DNA of 31,891 nucleotides from an uncultured virus (IMG/VR IMGVR_UViG_3300006917_000001) (Duplodnaviria; Heunggongvirae; Uroviricota; Caudoviricetes): IMG/VR virus record IMGVR_UViG_3300006917_000001; one strand, 5' to 3'. Shown piece by piece: positions 26,465 to 31,891 of this stretch (position 1 is its first letter; each line of letters starts with the position of its first letter). The notes under the pieces were generated by a model. It saw only the letters and a program-made list of their open reading frames with translations, ran no database searches and was not told where the DNA came from. The position numbers and the translations under genes were made by a program.

Positions 26465-26817
26465 GTCCTACCTCCAGCCGGCTGCCGTCTTACCATTACC
26501 CGCCACACCACACCCAAGCCGGCAGAAGCATCTGGGATGGGGCGGTTCACCACTTCGTATAAGATAGTGGGTTCGTCCGTGAACTCCAACACGTATTGTT
26601 CTTCTAGCTCGGGATCACTAGTAAAGAAAACTTTGTTCGTGACGCTCATGCCTCTCTTTTCCCACTTCTGCTGTTCCATATCGCCAGCCTGTTGTCGCCA
26701 ACAAGACCGACCAGAAAAAACTGTGGAAAAAGAATCAGAAACGCCTCCCAGCGTATCTTTCACCCGAACCCGTTTCTTTGCAGAGCACGTATGGGGCAGA
26801 TTGTCCAAAATACTCAT
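26461..26817 (-). CDS. Head closure / head-tail adaptor (SPP1 gp16-like)
   Basis: 118 aa. LPHTCSAKKRVRVKDTLGG...TNKVFF...ILYEVV beta-barrel stopper pattern, follows the connector gene. Confidence 0.75.
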   Translation of the reverse strand: MSILDNLPHTCSAKKRVRVKDTLGGVSDSFSTVFSGRSCWRQQAGDMEQQKWEKRGMSVTNKVFFTSDPELEEQYVLEFTDEPTILYEVVNRPIPDASAGLGVVWRVMVRRQPAGGRT

Positions 26818-26829
26818 AAAACCGTTCCG

Positions 26830-27678
26830 TTAAGGGGCCAGTTCGTAACCCCAGTTCACAAACGAAGATAATAGAGACACGGTTTCTTGAGTAACTTCGT
26901 TTGCATACCCGAACAAAGACTTCGCAATAGAGGCGTCAATGGAGTAGGAGTAGTCCCCCAAGTTTTCGTTCGTAATAATACCTGGGACGAAACCGATTCC
27001 ATTCTTCTTCGCCATTACAAAAGCCCGGCGAGCCCTGCGACAAGCCTCATCCAGACAGGCTTGGTAGATTTGAGCCGCATTGATCACCGTATCGTCGCCG
27101 GACAGTTCATCCGCAGAGTAGCCGGCAACATAAACCACTTGGACAGAGCCGGGTTCTTGGGGCCACAACCCCACCGAACGCAAAATCCCATCGGAACAAA
27201 CGCGATTCCCATCGCTGTCTAAGAAGTCATAGTTCGGCCAAAAATCGGTTCCTTCCGTCTTGGCCGTACCAGACCCAAAAGAACCCGACCGAGTGCCAGA
27301 CCTCGCCCCATAATCAATCTTAAGGGAAGTAATGGAACGAATGGGGATGTGCTTAAGAAACAGCTCAGATCCAGAAGCAGCGGAAATGTCCCGAGCGTAA
27401 GCCACCACATCGTTCGCTTCCCAAACCACTTGACGATTGATGGCAGCGTAATCCAACTGGGGGTAATACTCTGTTCTGGTTCGTTGCACTGGGTCATATC
27501 GCAAATGGCGAATAACGGCCCCCTCTGCCCGTTTAATCGCCTCATCAATAATGCTGAGTTGCGAATCCGTAGCATCTGCTGCCGCAAGACCAAGCTCCAA
27601 AAGAACACTGGCCCGGCTCACAATAGTACCTCCAGAGGCTGCTCCGGAGGCCGTAGTGGTCGTGAACGCATTCGTCAT
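26830..27678 (-). CDS. Head-tail connector (HK97 gp6 / SPP1 gp15-like, long form)
   Basis: IDEAIKRAEGAVIRHLRY...LFLKHIPIRSITSLKI...VQVVYVAGY...IYQACL...ENLGDYSYS...SLLSSF is the typical connector pattern. Confidence 0.85.
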   Translation of the reverse strand: MTNAFTTTTASGAASGGTIVSRASVLLELGLAAADATDSQLSIIDEAIKRAEGAVIRHLRYDPVQRTRTEYYPQLDYAAINRQVVWEANDVVAYARDISAASGSELFLKHIPIRSITSLKIDYGARSGTRSGSFGSGTAKTEGTDFWPNYDFLDSDGNRVCSDGILRSVGLWPQEPGSVQVVYVAGYSADELSGDDTVINAAQIYQACLDEACRRARRAFVMAKKNGIGFVPGIITNENLGDYSYSIDASIAKSLFGYANEVTQETVSLLSSFVNWGYELAP

Positions 27679-27687
27679 CGAAATCTC

Positions 27688-28263
27688 CTAGTCAGCAACA
27701 GCTACAAACGCTTGACCCTGAATAGAATTTACTCCATCCTTCTGTGCCCACAAATAATAGGTTGTCCCAGCATCCAACAGGAACAAGCACTCCCCATCAC
27801 TGTCCGTTTGAAGGGTACCAGCCACCACCGTAGTTCCTGCGGCATCGCTCGTAATCCAAACGTCTGCATCCGTCAAAGGGTTTCCACCCACGGTAATGGA
27901 AACAGTAACTTGATCTGCCCCAGTTCCTTGCAGAGCAGTTCCCACAATGGTAGCGGAAGCATTTGCCAGAGAGGGATCGTCCACTAAGGGATGCACATTG
28001 GTCGTATTCGTCATGTAGAGGTAACCGTAGCCCATTGTCACCCCGTCCGTGTTTACAATGCGAGCTTTGTAACGTCCCTCTGCTACAGACGCCATATTCA
28101 CGGTTCCCCAATATTCATCAGGGTTTTCCGAGTCTACCGTAAGAGGGTCAATAGAAAACGTGGAGGCATTGTTTTGCGTCCCAGGGAAACTCCAAGCCTC
28201 CAACGAAAGCCCGGAGTGAGAAGTCACTCCGGGCAGAGGAACCATTACTTTCGCAATCGCCAC
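27688..28263 (-). CDS. Two-domain beta-sandwich protein with C-terminal carboxypeptidase-regulatory/Ig-like domain
   Basis: GNPLTDADVWIT...TDSDGECLFLLDAGTTYYLWAQKDG is a prealbumin-like/CnaB-type pattern. Confidence 0.65.
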   Translation of the reverse strand: MAIAKVMVPLPGVTSHSGLSLEAWSFPGTQNNASTFSIDPLTVDSENPDEYWGTVNMASVAEGRYKARIVNTDGVTMGYGYLYMTNTTNVHPLVDDPSLANASATIVGTALQGTGADQVTVSITVGGNPLTDADVWITSDAAGTTVVAGTLQTDSDGECLFLLDAGTTYYLWAQKDGVNSIQGQAFVAVAD

Positions 28264-28266
28264 GGT

Positions 28267-28500
28267 CTACTCCTTCTGCTTCTGCAAGGTTTGGCGTACC
28301 CTCAAGACCTCTAGCTCATTTAGACATGCCATCAGGCTTTGGTAACGGATCTCAGTCAACTCGTGCCATTCCGCTGGAGCCTGTTGCTGCCGTAGCACTT
28401 GGCGGATTTCGTTCAGGTACTGTTTCTGCTCTTCTGTGCTCACAACCATGTTTTGGCCAACAGGATGAGAATCAGAATCAGTTTTTGTTTTCTTTCCCAT
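28267..28500 (-). CDS. Hypothetical protein (about 77 aa)
   Basis: Likely start ATG 28500 (MGKKTK) with GAGGTG upstream. Fills the gap between flanking genes. Confidence 0.55.
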   Translation of the reverse strand: MGKKTKTDSDSHPVGQNMVVSTEEQKQYLNEIRQVLRQQQAPAEWHELTEIRYQSLMACLNELEVLRVRQTLQKQKE

Positions 28501-28521
28501 AACACACCCACCTCTTTGCAA

Positions 28522-29802
28522 TTAGGGAGAAAACTCATGAACAAGTGGGGTCCCGAGCAACGTGCTAATTTGGAGTTCATTTCCCCCACCATCGTAAATC
28601 TCCCCGTAATTGTTGACTGTACCAGAAACACGGCAACCACCAAGACGCAAAACAGAACCTTGGGGATTGGCTTCCACGTGGATGGGAATGCCGTTGGGGT
28701 GATTATTGAACGCAAAGAACTCGCACTGATTTGCTTTTACCGAACCACCCCGAAGATGGAGGCCACTCGCATTTCCAGTCGCCATAAACCGGGAACTGTG
28801 GAAAGAGACATCCGTAGAATTTTGAACCAATGCCCCAGCAACCGCACACTCATCAAAAACACAGCCGGAAACCACTGTTCGGATGCCGTGGTTGGTGTTG
28901 CCGTTGGTGTCCAAGATGGAAAGCCCGTGAACCCCGTTGGAGAACAAACTATCTCGCAAGGTCACGCAACATCCCACCAACACGCACCCCAAGTAACCAC
29001 CATTGTAGACAACCAGCCTCTCAATGGTTCCACCCCCGAGGCCGACGAAATTAACACTTCCAATCAAAGCCTTAAAATGAGTAAAGGAGATGTCAAAGTA
29101 ATGGGGCTGGCGTCTCCCCGCTGGACCTCCCAGCGTCGCAGCATAGACCCCGTTGGGAGCAATCCAATCAAAACAGTACCCATAGAGGGAGAACCCACCA
29201 GCACTCCCCTCGTAGGCATTTTGAGACCGCGAAAACATTCCCTGATTTACTGTAGTTGTGCTGAAGTCAAAATCGGGTCTTGGCACAAAAACCGTTCGGC
29301 CGGCTCCAGCCCCAAACAACTCCACAGCCAATCGCGGGGAGTTATAAAAATTATCCAGCACCACCTTACGGAAATGGTACACTCCCGCCCGAACTTGCAT
29401 GGTGGCTGCCCGACCCGCAATTTCGACATCCGAAGTAGGGGTAACCGGCAGACAATCCCGACATGCCTGGAAACAGCGAATTAACGCCTCTGTATCATCT
29501 GTTCCCCAATGGAACTCCGCATTGGTAGTGGAAACGGAACTAACAGAACTCACTCGCACTTGGGTGGGAGAAATAAACTCCACAATCTCACAAAGTGGAA
29601 TCGGCAAAGCCTCCCCAAGCCCCCGACGAGTGGACCAACACGATTTGCCCACATCAGAGGGACGAAAAACAGGGGACGAAGCCACAACCACATCGGAAAA
29701 TGCCGTCAAGTTCACTCCAAAAACAAACTGAGCGTCCCCCTTGGCTCCAAAATCATGGGGATCAAACACATCACCGTAAACACGATTTGTTGGAGAGGTC
29801 AT
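28522..29802 (-). CDS. Right-handed beta-helix (pectate lyase 3-like) protein, putative tailspike depolymerase
   Basis: FDPHDFGAKGD...GTDDTEALIRC...RAGVYHF...LFGAGAGRTVF N-terminal signature, followed by beta-helix-like repeats. AAAGGA Shine-Dalgarno. Confidence 0.8.
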   Translation of the reverse strand: MTSPTNRVYGDVFDPHDFGAKGDAQFVFGVNLTAFSDVVVASSPVFRPSDVGKSCWSTRRGLGEALPIPLCEIVEFISPTQVRVSSVSSVSTTNAEFHWGTDDTEALIRCFQACRDCLPVTPTSDVEIAGRAATMQVRAGVYHFRKVVLDNFYNSPRLAVELFGAGAGRTVFVPRPDFDFSTTTVNQGMFSRSQNAYEGSAGGFSLYGYCFDWIAPNGVYAATLGGPAGRRQPHYFDISFTHFKALIGSVNFVGLGGGTIERLVVYNGGYLGCVLVGCCVTLRDSLFSNGVHGLSILDTNGNTNHGIRTVVSGCVFDECAVAGALVQNSTDVSFHSSRFMATGNASGLHLRGGSVKANQCEFFAFNNHPNGIPIHVEANPQGSVLRLGGCRVSGTVNNYGEIYDGGGNELQISTLLGTPLVHEFSP

Positions 29803-29818
29803 TTCTTAAGTTCCTTTC

Positions 29819-31264
29819 TTAAGCTTGATCAAACAAACCAGTCGCCACGAGAGCATTTACAACATCCGATAAGGCAGCCCAATTGTTGTAGCTGGCCTTG
29901 AGTTGTTGTTTTAATTTGATAATCACCCCATCACCACAACGGAAATGGGGACACCAGTCGTTGGAGCCCACTTGCTGGCCCCACATTTGAAAACCACCCA
30001 CACCTCCAGGATTTCCTGCGGCTGGAGCCGTGCCCCCAGCGAGAGCCAGGGTATTTTGAGAACTGGCAGCAAAGGAATCCACTCCAAGTCCAAGGTTATT
30101 GGACCCAGAGGTCACCATCACATTACCATACGTAAAAGCCGTACCTCCCGTGGCAGTAAACGTAAGGGTGCTTGTGTAGTAATTCCCAGAAAACGTGAGG
30201 TTTCCGTTATAACTCCCAGTCTCCGTCCAAGAAAAAGCCCGCCCATGTCGTAAAAAGTAATTAGAATCCGCACCAGATACGATTTGTTTGTTGGAGTCAA
30301 TTTTCCAAACGGCTCCATTGTAATCCACTTCTAAATAATTCGCCGCATGGGAAACGGGAACCCGAATTGTAAGAGGACAAAGTGCCGTATTGTTTTGGTA
30401 TAGGGTGAGAAGAGAGGCCATTGCTCCTTCTGCCGTATCTCCAATTCCAACCCTACCCATATAGTCCATAAGAAGACCCCGGACCATACCTCCTCCGGCA
30501 GCCGTGGACTTGCGATAACTCAAGACTAGATTGCCCGCCTGATTTGCGGCAGAAATGCCCTCTTCCCCGCGAATTGTGGCTCTGAGGTTGTAGCCAGATC
30601 CCGTATTAGACTTGAACCCCAACGAAGCCCCTGGAGACGTTGTCTCCACAATGGTAAGCAGTCCATTTGTGGTGTCTCCCGCACCTTGTACCGTTAATTG
30701 ATTCGTAACTAAATCAACCCGGCTGCCCGTCGTCGAAGGAGTAAACTCCGCGTACCCACTTGTACCACCGTAAAGACGCAACCCCCATCCATTGGTGTAG
30801 GGTTTTACGTAGTTATTTGTGCCGTCCCGCACTACAGCGTGAGGAGAAGTATTGGCAACCGCCACGGACGCCAAATAAACCCCACCATCGTACAAGACCG
30901 TCAAAATGATCTTGGTTCCTGGCGTTGTGGGTGGAGAAGGAGCACCACTCCCAACCCACGTAATGGTCGGCCATGTGATGGAGTAACCACCCGTAGCATT
31001 TTGGGTGAGAATAAGAACCAACCGACCAGGAGCGTTATTGGGAGGAGGGGTAAAAGATAGCGTGATGTTGCCCCCAAGCAAAAGGGACTGGACGCCACCA
31101 TTAGAAAACGAAACAGTAACAGCCCCACTTACCGCTGATCCACTATTGATCGCATAATTTTCTTTGAGTTGGTAGAACTTGGATTTTAGTCCATACCCAC
31201 CTCGCACCTGAGCATAGCTGCCGGCAACATTGTAGACGGGCTCTACCATGGAAGGTACAGTCAT
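29819..31264 (-). CDS. Tail fibre-like virion protein
   Basis: G/T/S/N-rich. Contains the GNITLSF...LILTQNATGGYSITWP..W..G.P module and GRVGIG fibre-type repeats. Confidence 0.65.
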   Translation of the reverse strand: MTVPSMVEPVYNVAGSYAQVRGGYGLKSKFYQLKENYAINSGSAVSGAVTVSFSNGGVQSLLLGGNITLSFTPPPNNAPGRLVLILTQNATGGYSITWPTITWVGSGAPSPPTTPGTKIILTVLYDGGVYLASVAVANTSPHAVVRDGTNNYVKPYTNGWGLRLYGGTSGYAEFTPSTTGSRVDLVTNQLTVQGAGDTTNGLLTIVETTSPGASLGFKSNTGSGYNLRATIRGEEGISAANQAGNLVLSYRKSTAAGGGMVRGLLMDYMGRVGIGDTAEGAMASLLTLYQNNTALCPLTIRVPVSHAANYLEVDYNGAVWKIDSNKQIVSGADSNYFLRHGRAFSWTETGSYNGNLTFSGNYYTSTLTFTATGGTAFTYGNVMVTSGSNNLGLGVDSFAASSQNTLALAGGTAPAAGNPGGVGGFQMWGQQVGSNDWCPHFRCGDGVIIKLKQQLKASYNNWAALSDVVNALVATGLFDQA

Positions 31265-31890
31265 AACTCAAACCCCATAACCCAAAGAGGATCAGCAGGA
31301 GCCATCGTGTCTGCAACCAAAGGAGTTACAAACGAACCACTACCACTAGCAGTCGCTCTCCCTATTGTAACCGTAGCGGTCGCAGTATAACTCCCGGAAG
31401 TAATGAAAGAAGCGCTTCCCGTACACGTAACAGCTCCAATCGTGCCCGTGCCCGTGCCAGTATAAGTGGGAGCCGTATGAGTGGCAGAACCAGAACACGT
31501 GATTGGAGCAATACTTGGAAAACCCGTAGCCGAAAACGTAGGAGGAGTGTGAGTAGCAGAACCAGAACACGTAGCTGCCCCAGTGATGACAGCACTCGTA
31601 GCAGAATGACCCGTAGAAAAGGTTGCAGAGCCGGAGCACGTAGCTGCTCCAACAGTACAACTTCCGTTTCCAGTATAAGTGGGAGCCGTATGAGTGGCAG
31701 AACCAGAACACGTAGCTGCTCCAACAGTACAACTTCCGTTTCCAGTATAAGTGGGAGCCGTATGAGTGGCAGAACCAGAACAAGTGGCAGCACGTACAGA
31801 ACAACTTCCAGTAGCCGAAAACGTAGGGGGAGTATGAGTCGCAGAACCAGAACAAGTGGCAGCACGTACAGAACAACTTCCAGTAGCCGA
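31261..31890 (-). CDS. Partial T/S/G/A-rich fibre-like protein with 24-aa tandem repeats (5' end outside the window)
   Basis: Frame missed by the ORF track: SATGSCSVRAATCSGSATHTPPTF...PLVADTMAPADPLWVMGFEL*. Its TGA overlaps the next ATG (ATGA at 31264-31261). Confidence 0.85.
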   Translation of the reverse strand, partial: SATGSCSVRAATCSGSATHTPPTFSATGSCSVRAATCSGSATHTAPTYTGNGSCTVGAATCSGSATHTAPTYTGNGSCTVGAATCSGSATFSTGHSATSAVITGAATCSGSATHTPPTFSATGFPSIAPITCSGSATHTAPTYTGTGTGTIGAVTCTGSASFITSGSYTATATVTIGRATASGSGSFVTPLVADTMAPADPLWVMGFEL

Positions 31891-31891
31891 A
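31340..31891 (-). repeat. About 72-bp imperfect tandem coding repeats (roughly 7-8 units)
   Basis: Recurring + strand blocks gtgggagccgtatgagtggcagaaccagaaca and gcagcacgtacagaacaacttccagtagccgaa. Confidence 0.9.

Noticed and set aside
31346..31876. ORF-track proteins of 176 aa (Cys/Trp/Tyr-rich) and 167 aa (Leu/Val-rich)
   Set aside because: Alternative frames of the 72-bp repeat. The third frame is open throughout and couples to the next gene via ATGA.
31340..31891. Possible CRISPR array
   Set aside because: Units are contiguous, in-frame multiples of 3 with no unique spacers, and no cas genes are present.
1..31891. Stop-codon reassignment
   Set aside because: Genes are intact and tightly packed in the standard code, and TAA, TAG and TGA all serve as stops.
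1..31891. Host assignment, or a gene transfer agent / contractile system interpretation
   Set aside because: No host genes, tRNAs or integrase to anchor a host. No sheath or baseplate wedge genes, and the many accessory genes fit a genuine siphovirus better.

Overview
The window is one continuous minus-strand virion morphogenesis region of a tailed phage. It is siphovirus-like: HK97-type portal, prohead protease and capsid, a tail tube, a G/GT chaperone frameshift and a tape measure, with no sheath. No terminase, integrase, lysis or host genes are visible, so phage versus prophage and the host cannot be decided. Transcription order (right to left): partial 24-aa-repeat fibre-like protein, tail-fibre-like protein, beta-helix depolymerase, head-tail connector and head closure (unusually upstream of the portal), portal, MuF-ART fusion, 928-aa kinase-ART fusion, four small unknown ORFs, three small putative head accessory genes, protease, capsid, tail completion genes, tube, chaperones, tape measure, 888-aa poly-serine protein, tail-tip genes. 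Two candidate systems stand out. (1) A putative capsid-delivered effector cassette: two ExE-type ADP-ribosyltransferases and a HipA/PI4K-like kinase domain, in two adjacent proteins sharing a K-[YF]-x-P-x-QPRV...PQGGQWT tag, followed by candidate immunity genes. (2) Three structural-region proteins with poly-serine tracts of 41, 38 and 483 residues, in the head, tail-tube and tail-tip modules, two of them paralogues. All functional calls come from motif recognition and synteny by eye; no searches were run.
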